Shown here: piece by piece, positions 20,392 to 32,399 of the stretch | Numbering within the stretch: position 1 is the stretch's first letter | Layout of the letters: the number at the start of each line of letters is the position of its first letter | DNA from: an uncultured delta proteobacterium | GTDB lineage: Bacteria; Desulfobacterota; Binatia; Binatales; Binataceae | Assembly: GCA_963794325.1 (NCBI GenBank) | Contig: CAWCDG010000003.1 | Coordinates: forward strand, 256,001 to 320,000 | DNA: 64,000 nt | Direction of reading: 5' to 3' | Notes under the pieces: generated by a model | The model's input: only the letters and a program-made list of their open reading frames with translations | The model's database searches: none | Told to the model about the DNA's origin: nothing | Translations under genes and position numbers: made by a program

Positions 20392-20735
20392 CCGGAGTGA
20401 GTCGGGCGATCGCTTCCCTTCAATGGGAAGAGGAAAGTCCGGGCTCCGTAGGGCAGGATGGCCGCTAACGGCGGCGCGGAGCGATCCGCGGAAAGTGGCA
20501 CAGAAAATACACCGCCCGAAAGGGTAAGGGTGAAATGGTGGGGTAAGAGCCCACCGGCGCACGAGTGATCGAGCGCGCATGCCAAACCCCATCCGGAGCA
20601 AGACCAAATAGGAGGCTGAGCGGCCCGCTCTTAAGGCCTCGGGTATGGTCGCATGAGCCGTCGAGCAATCGACGGCCTAGAGGAATGATCGCCGCCCGCA
20701 AGGGACACAGAACCCGGCTTACAGACTCACTCCGG
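20392..20735 (+). ncRNA. rnpB: RNase P RNA (type A)
   Basis: GAGGAAAGTCCGGGCTCC, GGAAAGTGGCACAGAAA, GGGTGAAA...GGTAAGAGC and ACAGAACCCGGCTTA; P1 formed by CCGGAGTGAGTC/GACTCACTCCGG. Confidence 0.97.
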
Positions 20736-20782
20736 TTTCTTTTGGTGAATTGGCGTCTTGAGAGGGAGAGTCCTACCCGCAT

Positions 20783-20826
20783 CCGGTTTCCCCTTCCCAC
20801 GATGGGAAGGGGTTAGGGGTTAGGTT
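20783..20826 (+). repeat. Hairpin plus TTAGGGG repeat element, copy 1
   Basis: CCGGTTTCCCCTTCCCACGATGGGAAGGGGTTAGGGGTTAGGTT; supplies the TAA stop of the adjacent ATPase gene. Confidence 0.9.
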
Positions 20827-22037
20827 CCCTCGAAGGCATTCACCTCGCGCGCCGCCTTCTCCAATCCTCGCAACACCCCAGTCCCCGACATCACGTATCC
20901 CGCCACTCTCGACAGCGCCGCCAAATCCCGCACCCCGACTTCAATCTCAGGCGCGATCGCCAGCCGCACTCCCTTCGGCAACTCCCGCGCAAACGCCGCA
21001 ACGCGCTCGATCTCGTCGAGCGTCCGCTTACGATATTCCTCAAAATAATGGACCAGCCGGCCGAACCCGTTTGCGCTGGCGCCGTCTCTTCCCATCGACG
21101 ATCGCAATTCGGAAATCGCCGCCAGATGACTCAGCGGACGCTCCGCGGAGTCCGCGACCGCCGTCCAGGTCCGCTCATCGAGGAAGCGATTGATCACGAT
21201 TGCGGAGAGCTTGAGTCCCTCGGCATCCATTTGAGAAAGCAGTTCGCGCGCTTGTCGGATTCGATCGGGCTCCGCCGTCGTCACCATCACGAATTTCACC
21301 GCCGGCGAATGGAGCAGCGCCTCAGTCTTCTGCAGCCGGTCGATAATCGCGTCCATGCTCTCAGCCATCGCCGCGAAAAAGTCCGTGATCGTCGAGAGCA
21401 CCGTCGTGCCGGCAAACCGCTCGAGTTCGCGGACGACGAATCGCGCCGCATTGCTCGCGACCTTCATCGCAATCCGGCTCGCCGACAGCGACGGCGTGAA
21501 CAGCCATCGCGCGGCGCGTGAATCGAGCAGCCGAATCAGCTTGGCCGGCGTCTGCAGGAACTCGAACGAATGCGACGCGGGCGGAGTATCGACGACTTCG
21601 AGATCGAACGCGCCCGTTTGATGAAGATCGTAGAGCCGCTGCAGCGCCGCGAACGCCTCCGATCCCGCGAACTCCGCCGTCAGGCTTTTGTAGAACGGAT
21701 TATCGAAAATTTTTTCTCGCGTCGCCGAGTCCGTAACAAATCGCTTGATGACGGCGTCCCATTCTCCCGATACATCGAGCATCATCGCGGACAACTGAAG
21801 ATGGGTGTCGAGTCCAGCCGCCGCAAGCTGTCGCGCGCCGATTCTGGTCGGCTGCCCGCCCAGCCGCGCGAGCCCAAGCGCATCGCGGAGCCGCTTTGAC
21901 GGATCTACTGTAATCACCGCGCTGTTGAGATTCGCGGACGCCCCGGCCAGCGCAAGCGCCGCCGCAATCGTGGTCTTCCCGACCCCGCCAGTCCCGAGCA
22001 AAATCGGAATCGAGCCTTTAGTAAGCAGGTCTTTCAA
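20820..22037 (-). CDS. ArsA/Get3-related P-loop ATPase (BagB/Rv3680-like)
   Basis: GTGGVGKTT (no signature Lys), TVDPSKRL, NPFY and DTPP motifs. Confidence 0.88.
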   Translation of the reverse strand: MKDLLTKGSIPILLGTGGVGKTTIAAALALAGASANLNSAVITVDPSKRLRDALGLARLGGQPTRIGARQLAAAGLDTHLQLSAMMLDVSGEWDAVIKRFVTDSATREKIFDNPFYKSLTAEFAGSEAFAALQRLYDLHQTGAFDLEVVDTPPASHSFEFLQTPAKLIRLLDSRAARWLFTPSLSASRIAMKVASNAARFVVRELERFAGTTVLSTITDFFAAMAESMDAIIDRLQKTEALLHSPAVKFVMVTTAEPDRIRQARELLSQMDAEGLKLSAIVINRFLDERTWTAVADSAERPLSHLAAISELRSSMGRDGASANGFGRLVHYFEEYRKRTLDEIERVAAFARELPKGVRLAIAPEIEVGVRDLAALSRVAGYVMSGTGVLRGLEKAAREVNAFEGT

Positions 22038-22104
22038 CTGTCGACTCCGTCGAACTACACAATATCAGGCCCACTCCATATTTCCTCAACGAATCTTCCT
22101 TTTT

Positions 22105-22146
22105 CCGGTTCCCTTTCCCGCTCGGGAAGGGGTTAGGGGTTAGGTT
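22105..22146 (+). repeat. Hairpin plus TTAGGGG repeat element, copy 2
   Basis: CCGGTTCCCTTTCCCGCTCGGGAAGGGGTTAGGGGTTAGGTT. Confidence 0.9.
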
Positions 22147-22280
22147 GCCGCGACAGGCGGCATGCGCCCACTGCGACAACCGTTGTCATCTCGGCGCGGT
22201 AAGATGTGGACACTCGAGTTCGACGCCGACACAGATCGGGGAATACAATTCTGACCGGAAGTGGAGTGGGAGGTGGTTTG

Positions 22281-23549
22281 ATGGAGCCGGAAATAGTGGT
22301 GGCGGCGTTGGCCGTTCTGAGCGTCCTGTCGATTGCGGGGTTTCTGATCGTACTTCGGAAGCTGCGCTCGCTTCCCGCAAATGATTCCTTCGCAAAATTC
22401 GCGGATCATCTCGACATCGTCGCGCGCAGCCTCGACGAAAAATTGACCCAGACGCGCACCGACCTCGCCGGACGCCTCCAGCAAGCGCAGGGCGATCTCA
22501 GCCTCGCGACCGCCGATCGATTGTCGAAAGGGTTCCTCAATCTCAACGCAGCATTGGAGCAGCATCTCTCGGCTGGACGCCAGGAGCAGGCGAATTCGCT
22601 CAAGCTCGAGATTTCCGCGCTGACCACGCAGACCCGGGAAAGTATCGAGGCGATTCGCTCCGATGTCGGCGAGAAGCTCACCGCGATTACCACCACCGTG
22701 CAGGTGAAGCTCGATCAGAATATCAAGGACGGCTTTGCGCAGTTCGAGAAAGTGCAGAGCCATCTCAATGAAGCGCAGGAGCAGTTGAAAAATCTCGGCG
22801 TGATCGGCGCCTCAATCAACGACCTCAATAACCTGCTCAAGATGCCGCATCTGCGCGGACGTTTCGGCGAGCAGGGGCTCGAACGGCTGCTCGAGGACTT
22901 CCTGCCGCGTCATATGTACGACTTGCAGGCGTCGCCCGGCGGCGAAGGCTCCGGCCGCGTCGATGCGCTCATCAAGTTCCCCGACCGCGTGCTGCCGATC
23001 GACGCCAAGTTCCCGCGAGAGCAAGTGCTCGCCTTGTTCGAAACCAACGATCCTCAGGCGCTTGATCAGGCGCGCGTCGAATTCGAGCGCGTGATGAAGG
23101 AGCAGGCCAAGCGAATCGCCGGTTACATCCGGCCCGAAGCGGGCACCACCGACATGGCGCTGATGTATCTCCCGAGCGAGACGCTCTATATGGAAGCGGT
23201 ACTCAACGCGGAGCTGAGCGATTGGCTGAACAAGAAGCGTGTTTATCCCGTGTCACCGAACACGCTGATCGTGACGCTGCAATCGATCCAGATGGTTTTC
23301 AAAATGTACGAGTACGCGAAGGGGCATGAGCGCGCGACCGAGGAATTGAAGAAGGCGCAGAACGCGTTTGGCCATTTCGAGAATCAGTTCGAGGCACTGG
23401 GCAAGTCATTGTCGAAAGCGCAGGACGCCTTCGAGGTCGCGAAAGGGCATCTGACGAAATATCGCAATCGCGTGACGGGGCTGACTGGGGAGCCGGCGCC
23501 TGAGTTGGAATTTCCGCCGCCGCCGACGAATCTGCGGGAGATTGCGTAG
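22281..23549 (+). CDS. rmuC: DNA recombination protein RmuC
   Basis: N-terminal TM helix, coiled coil, RGRFGE, PIDAKFP, MYLPSE and SPNTL motifs. Confidence 0.93.
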   Translation: MEPEIVVAALAVLSVLSIAGFLIVLRKLRSLPANDSFAKFADHLDIVARSLDEKLTQTRTDLAGRLQQAQGDLSLATADRLSKGFLNLNAALEQHLSAGRQEQANSLKLEISALTTQTRESIEAIRSDVGEKLTAITTTVQVKLDQNIKDGFAQFEKVQSHLNEAQEQLKNLGVIGASINDLNNLLKMPHLRGRFGEQGLERLLEDFLPRHMYDLQASPGGEGSGRVDALIKFPDRVLPIDAKFPREQVLALFETNDPQALDQARVEFERVMKEQAKRIAGYIRPEAGTTDMALMYLPSETLYMEAVLNAELSDWLNKKRVYPVSPNTLIVTLQSIQMVFKMYEYAKGHERATEELKKAQNAFGHFENQFEALGKSLSKAQDAFEVAKGHLTKYRNRVTGLTGEPAPELEFPPPPTNLREIA

Positions 23550-23687
23550 GATAGGAGCGCGCGCAGCGCGCGAACTCAGAAACCGGAACCGGCTTCGCTG
23601 AGGCGAAGCTGTCCGAGGCCCGTTCCTCCCGTCGCTACGCTCCCGTCGTCAGGGTGACACATCGGGCTCGCGTCGCTCGCTAACAAA

Positions 23688-24878
23688 CTATTCGGATTCT
23701 TGATCGGACGGGGGTGGGGGTTTTAGTTGGCTGCGTTCTTTGCCGGCGACGATCCATCGCTCGACTTCGTGGCGCTCTCTCTTTAAGAAGCCGGCGATTG
23801 CGCGCTTTAGGTCCGGGTTCGAGACGTAGTGGATGCTGCGCGTTAGCGCGGGATCGAAGCCGCGCAGCCATTTGTATTCGCCGCCGGCGCCTGGCTCGTA
23901 GCGCTGGATGCCGTGCAGGATCGAGTGCTCGATTCCCGCGTAGTAGCACACGTTGAAGTGCAGGAAGCGATAATCGCGGAAGCATCCCCAGTAGCGGCCG
24001 TACATCACGTTAGCCTTCGCCAGATTGACCGCGCCCGCGACGAGTTCGCGCCCCGCATACGCGCCGATGAAAACCATGTTGCGCTTGAACGTCTTGCGCA
24101 GGAGATCGAAAAAATCCGGGGTCAGATACTGACGGCCCCAGTACAGCTTCTCGATTGTCGAGCAGTAGATTCGGTACATGTCGGCGAAAGTCTTGTCGGG
24201 AATTTCTTCGCCCGCCGTCACGCGGATGTGAACGCCCTGATCGTCCATCGCGGCGCGTTCATGACGAACCGCCGTGCGACGCTTGTGCTTCAGGCGATCG
24301 AGGTAGTCGTCGAAGGTCGCGAAGCCCGCGTTGTGCCAATGATACTGATAGCCAAGCCGCTCCATGAATCCGATCGGCGCGAGCGCGGCGGCCTCGTCGG
24401 GCTCGCAGAAGTTGACGTGCACGCTCGAGAGTTTGTTGTCCTCGCAAATCGAGGTGAGCGCGAGGCCGAGCAGATTTATCAGGCCGCCGCGATCGGCGCC
24501 CGGCGCGGTGAGAAATCGGCGTCCGGTATGCGGCGTGAACGGCACGCCGACCAGAATTTTCGGGAAGTAGCGCAGCCCGGCGCGCTCGGCCGCGTCGGCC
24601 CATCCGTGATCGAACACGAACTCGCCCATGCTGTGCGTTTTGAGGTAGAGCGGGCAAGCCGCGACGATTTGTTTTTTGGGGCCTTGGCGAACAATCAGAT
24701 GATAGGGGGCCCAGCCGGTGTCGCGCGCGGCCGATCCGGATTGCTCCATCGCGCGCAGCCAGTCCCATTCGACGAACGGCGAGTCGTCGGGTGCGAGCAA
24801 ACTGTCCCACGCATCACGCGAAATTTTGTCGATTCCCTCGACGATTGCTACGTCGAGCCTTGGCGCAGCTTCATTCAT
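23688..24878 (-). CDS. GNAT/FemAB-like protein (DUF482)
   Basis: [24 protein letters not shown] and EPGAGGEYK motifs. Confidence 0.92.
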   Translation of the reverse strand: MNEAAPRLDVAIVEGIDKISRDAWDSLLAPDDSPFVEWDWLRAMEQSGSAARDTGWAPYHLIVRQGPKKQIVAACPLYLKTHSMGEFVFDHGWADAAERAGLRYFPKILVGVPFTPHTGRRFLTAPGADRGGLINLLGLALTSICEDNKLSSVHVNFCEPDEAAALAPIGFMERLGYQYHWHNAGFATFDDYLDRLKHKRRTAVRHERAAMDDQGVHIRVTAGEEIPDKTFADMYRIYCSTIEKLYWGRQYLTPDFFDLLRKTFKRNMVFIGAYAGRELVAGAVNLAKANVMYGRYWGCFRDYRFLHFNVCYYAGIEHSILHGIQRYEPGAGGEYKWLRGFDPALTRSIHYVSNPDLKRAIAGFLKRERHEVERWIVAGKERSQLKPPPPSDQESE

Positions 24879-25002
24879 TGCACAGTCAAAGTATCAGACT
24901 TATCGCAATCGAACCGAATTTCTCTGGATCCTCTCTAGGCATCGCCGGATTTGTTATTATATTTATCAGACGGGGCGAGGTGCTCCGAGCGATCGAGGTG
25001 TG

Positions 25003-25377
25003 ATGGCAGATTTGCTGCGCAAAATTTCGGCGCGAATCACCGACGGTGACGGCAGTGGCGACGGCCGCTCCGGCGACAGCGATATCGTTACCGAGCGCAA
25101 GACCCGCACCAAGTCCAAGACCGCCAAGCCGCCTCTGTACAAAGTAATTTTGCTCAATGACGACTACACGCCAATGGAATTTGTCGTCGAAGTTTTGAAG
25201 GCCGTATTTCACAAACCGCATGCGGATGCGACGCGAATCATGCTGCACGTGCATCAGAACGGGATGGGCGTCGCGGGCGTGTATCCTTTCGAAGTCGCGG
25301 AGACCAAGACCAACACCGTCGAGGAACTCGCGCGGCAGGCCGAGTATCCGCTCAAATGCGTGATGGAAAAGGAGTAG
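25003..25377 (+). CDS. clpS: Clp protease adaptor ClpS
   Basis: [23 protein letters not shown] and EYPLKC motifs; start moved to ATG 25003. Confidence 0.96.
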   Translation: MADLLRKISARITDGDGSGDGRSGDSDIVTERKTRTKSKTAKPPLYKVILLNDDYTPMEFVVEVLKAVFHKPHADATRIMLHVHQNGMGVAGVYPFEVAETKTNTVEELARQAEYPLKCVMEKE

Positions 25378-25417
25378 CCAGGCAGTACCATCGATGGCTT
25401 CATCGAATAACAACATT

Positions 25418-27740
<2,323 letters not shown>

Positions 27741-27748
27741 TCTGGTCT

Positions 27749-27770
27749 CCTCCTCCCACGTGGGAGGAGG
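27749..27770. terminator. Palindromic hairpin between convergent clpA and nadB
   Basis: CCTCCTCCCACGTGGGAGGAGG is a perfect inverted repeat; no U-tract. Confidence 0.5.
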
Positions 27771-27781
27771 GAATTCGGACT

Positions 27782-29413
27782 TCAGATCTGATCGAGCGGC
27801 TTTTGCAGTACCGTTGGATGCACGAATTCTGCGCCGGCCGTTTCGGGATGATCGATGTTGTAGTGCAGGCCGCGGGACTCGCGGCGGTTCATCGCGGAGC
27901 GTACGACCAGCTCCGCGACCTTCGCCAGGTTGCGCAACTCGATCGTGTCGGCGTCGAGCAGATGGTCCCAGTAGTAGCTGTGGATCTCGTCCTTGACCAA
28001 CTCGATTCGGCGCAGCGCGCGCTCGAGGCGCCGGTCGCTGCGCACGATGCCGACGTAGTTCCACATCAGGCGGCGAATCTCGTCCCAGCTCTGCGTGATC
28101 ATCACGCGCTCTTCGCTGCGAATCGCGCGGCCGGGATCCCATTCGGGAAACTCCGGCGGCGCGCCACCTCCTGACACAACGATTTCGCGCGCCGACGCGA
28201 AGCCGCGACGGCCCATCACCGCCGCCTCGAGCAGCGAGTTCGACGCAAGCCGGTTGGCGCCATGCAGTCCCGTCATCGCGACTTCGCCGGCTGCGTACAG
28301 GCGCGGTATCGAGGTGCGTCCGTCGAGGTCGGTCTGCACACCGCCGCACATATAATGAGCCGCCGGCACCACCGGAATGGGGCCTTTGGTGAGGTCGTAG
28401 CCAAAGCTCAAGCATCGCTTGAAGATATTCGGAAACCGCTTTTTGATGAAATCGGCCTCGCGATGGCTCAGATCCAGATACACGAAATCCAGGCCATGGC
28501 GCTTCATCTCGGAATCGATCGCGCGTGCAACGACGTCGCGCGGCGCCAGTTCGGCGTCCGGATGGTAGCGCTTCATGAAGGCGGTCCCGTCGGGCAGTTT
28601 CAGAATCGCGCCCTCGCCGCGCAGCGCCTCGGAAATCAGAAAAGACTTGGCGGCAGGATGGTACAGGCAGGTCGGATGGAACTGGTAGAACTCGAGATTC
28701 GCGACCGACGCTCCCGCCCGATACGCCATCGCGACGCCGTCGCCCGACGCGATGTCGGGATTGGTCGTGTAGAGATAGACCTTGCCGGCGCCACCGGTCG
28801 CGAGCATCGTGGCGCGCGAAATCACTTTGCGAATTTCGTGAGTGGTGCGATCGAGCGCATAGACGCCCCAGCATGCGCCGGGCTTGCCGGCGCTGGGAGT
28901 CTCGACCAGCAGATTGATCGCGACGTGATTTTCCAGAGTGCGGATATTGGGGCGAGCGGCTGCAGCTGCGGTCAGCGCGCGCATTATCTCGCGGCCGGTG
29001 AGATCCTGAGCGTGAAGCACCCGGCGATGGCTATGCCCGCCTTCCTGGCCGAGGTCGTATTCGAGCTCGTTGTCGTCGGTGCCCGTGTTCTCGACGCGGG
29101 TGAAGCGAGTGCCGAGCCGGATCAGCTCGCGCACCGCCTCGGGACCTTCGCGCACGATAGTCTCCACCGCGGCGCGATCGCACAGGCCGGCGCCCGCGCG
29201 CAACGTATCCTCTATATGCGATTCGAACGAGTCGTCGACGCTCCACACGCTGGCGATTCCGCCTTGCGCATATGCGGTGTTGGCCTCGGAGCTGCCGGCC
29301 TTGGTGAGCACGGTGACGGTGCCGACTTCGGAGGCCTTAAGAGCGAAGGTCAGGCCCGCGATGCCGCCGCCGATTACCAGGAAGTCGCTGAACAGTTGCG
29401 CGTTGTGCCTCAT
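27782..29413 (-). CDS. nadB: L-aspartate oxidase
   Basis: GGGIAG, YAQGGI, EGGHS, QFHPT, SEALRGEG and LHGANRLASNSLLE motifs. Confidence 0.97.
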   Translation of the reverse strand: MRHNAQLFSDFLVIGGGIAGLTFALKASEVGTVTVLTKAGSSEANTAYAQGGIASVWSVDDSFESHIEDTLRAGAGLCDRAAVETIVREGPEAVRELIRLGTRFTRVENTGTDDNELEYDLGQEGGHSHRRVLHAQDLTGREIMRALTAAAAARPNIRTLENHVAINLLVETPSAGKPGACWGVYALDRTTHEIRKVISRATMLATGGAGKVYLYTTNPDIASGDGVAMAYRAGASVANLEFYQFHPTCLYHPAAKSFLISEALRGEGAILKLPDGTAFMKRYHPDAELAPRDVVARAIDSEMKRHGLDFVYLDLSHREADFIKKRFPNIFKRCLSFGYDLTKGPIPVVPAAHYMCGGVQTDLDGRTSIPRLYAAGEVAMTGLHGANRLASNSLLEAAVMGRRGFASAREIVVSGGGAPPEFPEWDPGRAIRSEERVMITQSWDEIRRLMWNYVGIVRSDRRLERALRRIELVKDEIHSYYWDHLLDADTIELRNLAKVAELVVRSAMNRRESRGLHYNIDHPETAGAEFVHPTVLQKPLDQI

Positions 29414-29582
29414 CAGTGTCCTCGTTGTGTCAATTTGACGCTACTCGGTCTGCGCTCGGCCAGTCAAGGCGATCGCGATGCTCGCGATTTGCCCCCTCTG
29501 GACGATTCCAATATTCTTGGGAGCGCAGATCGAAACGAAAAGACCTGAGATTCGTCTAGAGGCTGAGGGCAATCTCGTGCCG

Positions 29583-30164
29583 ATGACGCCGCCCAACATA
29601 GTCACGCTGTTCCGGATCGCCACTGCGCCGTTCCTGATCTGGATCCTGATGCACACCGGTCCAACCGCGTCGTGGCTCGCGGCGGCAGTATTCTTCGTCG
29701 CGACGGTGAGCGATTTCTTCGACGGCTACCTGGCGCGCAGCTACGACTACGTCACCACGCTCGGCAAATTTCTCGATCCGATGGCCGACAAGCTGGTGGT
29801 CACGACTGCGCTGATCATGCTCGCCGGGATGGCGCGATCGCCGCACGTGCCGGCCTGGATGGTGGTGGTGCTGGTGACGCGCGAAATAATGGTGACGGGA
29901 CTGCGCGCGGTCGCGGCGGCGGAAGGGCTGATCGTCGGCGCCGAGGAGCTCGGAAAATACAAGATGACGCTGCAGGCGATCGCGATTCACGGCCTGCTGA
30001 TTCATTACACGTATCTGCACGTCGATTTCTTCGCGGCCGGGATGTTTATCCTGTGGCTCGCGATGGCGGTGAGCGTCTGGTCGGGTATCGATTACTACGT
30101 GCGCGTCGTGCGCGAGCTGCGGCCGAAGCCAATCGCGGCGAGCAGCAAGCGCGCGGTGATTTGA
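29583..30164 (+). CDS. pgsA: CDP-diacylglycerol--glycerol-3-phosphate 3-phosphatidyltransferase
   Basis: PNIVTLFR and DFFDGYLAR...GKFLDPMADK motifs; precedes tRNA-Gly; the true start may be slightly upstream. Confidence 0.94.
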   Translation: MTPPNIVTLFRIATAPFLIWILMHTGPTASWLAAAVFFVATVSDFFDGYLARSYDYVTTLGKFLDPMADKLVVTTALIMLAGMARSPHVPAWMVVVLVTREIMVTGLRAVAAAEGLIVGAEELGKYKMTLQAIAIHGLLIHYTYLHVDFFAAGMFILWLAMAVSVWSGIDYYVRVVRELRPKPIAASSKRAVI

Positions 30165-30216
30165 CAGGCGGCCTCGCGCCGGATAATCAGAAGGATTCGA
30201 TCTACCGGTTCGGAGA

Positions 30217-30292
30217 GCGGGTGTAGCTCAGTTGGTAGAGCGCGTGCTTGCCAAGCACGAGGTCGTCGGTTCGAAACCGATCACCCGCTCCA
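30217..30292 (+). tRNA. tRNA-Gly(GCC)
   Basis: GCGGGTGTAGCTCAGTTGGTAGAGCGCGTGCTTGCCAAGCACG...CACCCGCTCCA cloverleaf. Confidence 0.97.
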
Positions 30293-30381
30293 CATTAGGC
30301 AAACCATTAAAGGGTCATCGATGATGCCAGCACGATCCTCGGGAAACTGGTGGTCGGCGCGGCGGATGGAAGATTCAGAAG

Positions 30382-31515
30382 CTACGCAGTGAAGCGCAAT
30401 GAATCGGCGATAGCGCGGCTGGTGGCCGACCGCGCGGGAATCGCGGCGCTCAGCAGGCCGATCGCGGCTGCGACCGCCACGCTTTCGGTTGCGACGCTCG
30501 GCATCAGATGGAGACCGAACTCAGGGCCGAGCAGAGCGGGGCCGGCGAGGCGAAGGGCCACGTAGGAAATCGCGCATCCGACCGCACCTGCCACCAGACC
30601 CATCAGCAGGCCTTCGCCGACGATGAGGCCGATCAGCGAGGCGCGGGTGAAGCCAAGCGCGCGCATCACGGCGAGCTCGTTGCGTCGTTCGCGGACCGAC
30701 ATCGCGGCGGTATTCGCGGAGACCAGCGCGATCACGATCACCACGATTCCTGCAAACAACTCCGCGCCGACGAAGAGCAATCGAAAATCGTGAAGCTGCG
30801 ACTGGGCCACGCCGAGCTCGGTCTGGGTCGAGGTCTCGAAGGGGGCGTTGGCGAAACGCGCGTCGATTTCCTTGATCAGCGGCTGCGCGGACTCGGACGC
30901 GTCCGCTTTGACGAAAAAGATCGCGACCTTGCCCTGGAAGTCGGTGAGCTGGTTGAGCCGATCGATCGGCACGATCACGAAATTGTTGACCAGCTGGTTG
31001 CCCAGCGTGCCCGCGATGGTCAAATCTAGGTCGGCGGGGGGCGACAGTCCGTGCAGGATGATGTGGTCGCCGACCTTCCAGTTGAAGCGTTTCATCAGAG
31101 CGGGACCGACCAGCCCTGCCGAGCGTGAGCGCCCGAGCGCGGCGGCATCGCTGGCCGAGGCCCATTCAGGCCAGATGACGTGTAACTGATCGGGATCGAG
31201 ACCGACTACCGGTATCAGCTCGCCGGCCTTGCGATAGCTGGTCATCATGACGAGGTACCCGGTCATCGCGCTGACGTGCGGAAGATCGCGGATGGTCTCG
31301 GCGTAGGCGGCGGGCAGCAGGTAGCTGTACCCGGCCTTGTTGCCGCAGATGAGGCGCAGCGCGCTCACGCGATCGCGAAGAATCCGCGCCGCCACGGCGG
31401 GCACGCTCATCAGCGCGGCAAAGATGCAGGTCGAGACGGCGATCGACAGGACGCTGAGAATTGTGCGGCGGCGATTGCGCAGCAGGTTGCGGATGATCAG
31501 GGGAACGAACTTCAT
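30382..31515 (-). CDS. ABC transporter permease (FtsX/MacB type)
   Basis: RNLLRNRRRT N-terminus, periplasmic loop, ERRNELAVMRALGF and terminal TM helices. Confidence 0.9.
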   Translation of the reverse strand: MKFVPLIIRNLLRNRRRTILSVLSIAVSTCIFAALMSVPAVAARILRDRVSALRLICGNKAGYSYLLPAAYAETIRDLPHVSAMTGYLVMMTSYRKAGELIPVVGLDPDQLHVIWPEWASASDAAALGRSRSAGLVGPALMKRFNWKVGDHIILHGLSPPADLDLTIAGTLGNQLVNNFVIVPIDRLNQLTDFQGKVAIFFVKADASESAQPLIKEIDARFANAPFETSTQTELGVAQSQLHDFRLLFVGAELFAGIVVIVIALVSANTAAMSVRERRNELAVMRALGFTRASLIGLIVGEGLLMGLVAGAVGCAISYVALRLAGPALLGPEFGLHLMPSVATESVAVAAAIGLLSAAIPARSATSRAIADSLRFTA

Positions 31516-31609
31516 CGATCGGCACGAGCGGTGCTGAGCGCTCGCCTCAAAATACAATACGGGTAGGCTCAAGTTGAAGGTGTCCAGTCATCGACAACGA
31601 GGTTCAACC

Positions 31610-32362
31610 ATGAAGATCGTCGTCATCGGCGGCACCGGTCTGATTGGCTCGAAGACTGTTCCCATCCTGCGCAGAGGCGATCATGAGGTCGTCGCCGCCT
31701 CGCCCAAAAGCGGCGTCAACACCATCACGGGCGAGGGGCTCAAAGAGGCCTTGGCCGGCGCGCAGGTGGTGATCGACCTCGCCAATTCGCCATCATTTGA
31801 AGACAACGCGGTGCTGGAATTCTTCGAGACCTCGGGCCGCAACCTTCTCGCGGCGGAGGGCGCGGCCGGCGTCCGGCACCATGTCGCGCTATCCATCGTC
31901 GGAATCGACCGATCGGACAATGGCTATTTCCGCGCCAAGGTCGCCCAGGAGAAACTGATCGAGACCTCCGGCATCCCCTACACCATCATCCGCTCGACCC
32001 AGTTCCTGGAATTCCTCGGTGGTATCGCCGCTTCAAGTGCGGATGGAAACCGGATCAGGATTTCGCCCGGCCTGTTCCAGCCGATCGCGGCGGACGACGT
32101 TGCTGCCATCGTTGCCGATGTGGCGCTCGCGGCGCCGCGAAACGGTATCGTCGAGATCGCCGGCCCGGAACGAGCACCCTTCAACGAGATCGTCGCCCGC
32201 TATCTGAAGGCGGTCGGCGACCCGCGCGCGGTCGTGTGCGACCCCGAGGCCCGATACTTCGGCGGCCGAGTCGAGGAGCGATCGCTGGTGCCGTTGGGCG
32301 AAGCGCGCCTCGGCCGCATCGGTTTCGACGAATGGCTCCGCCGCTCACAGGCAAGAGCCTGA
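31610..32362 (+). CDS. Atypical SDR / NmrA-like NAD(P)H-binding oxidoreductase
   Basis: GGTGLIG, YFRAK and RSTQFLEF motifs. Confidence 0.9.
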   Translation: MKIVVIGGTGLIGSKTVPILRRGDHEVVAASPKSGVNTITGEGLKEALAGAQVVIDLANSPSFEDNAVLEFFETSGRNLLAAEGAAGVRHHVALSIVGIDRSDNGYFRAKVAQEKLIETSGIPYTIIRSTQFLEFLGGIAASSADGNRIRISPGLFQPIAADDVAAIVADVALAAPRNGIVEIAGPERAPFNEIVARYLKAVGDPRAVVCDPEARYFGGRVEERSLVPLGEARLGRIGFDEWLRRSQARA

Positions 32363-32399
32363 TCCTACTCAGCTCAGCTGGAAATTCCGGCTTTAACTT

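Noticed and set aside
20283-20816. ORFs over 20283-20816
   Set aside because: They overlap the RNase P RNA gene.
20801-20826. Eukaryotic telomere contamination
   Set aside because: Only about two TTAGGGG-like units, always fused to the same hairpin within bacterial intergenic DNA.
20820-22037. Arsenic resistance (arsA) call for the two ATPases
   Set aside because: No arsB, arsC, arsD or arsR nearby, and both are single-domain BagA/BagB-type proteins.
30161-30187. TTGACA...GATAAT promoter for tRNA-Gly
   Set aside because: The spacer is only 15 bp; plausible but not supportable.
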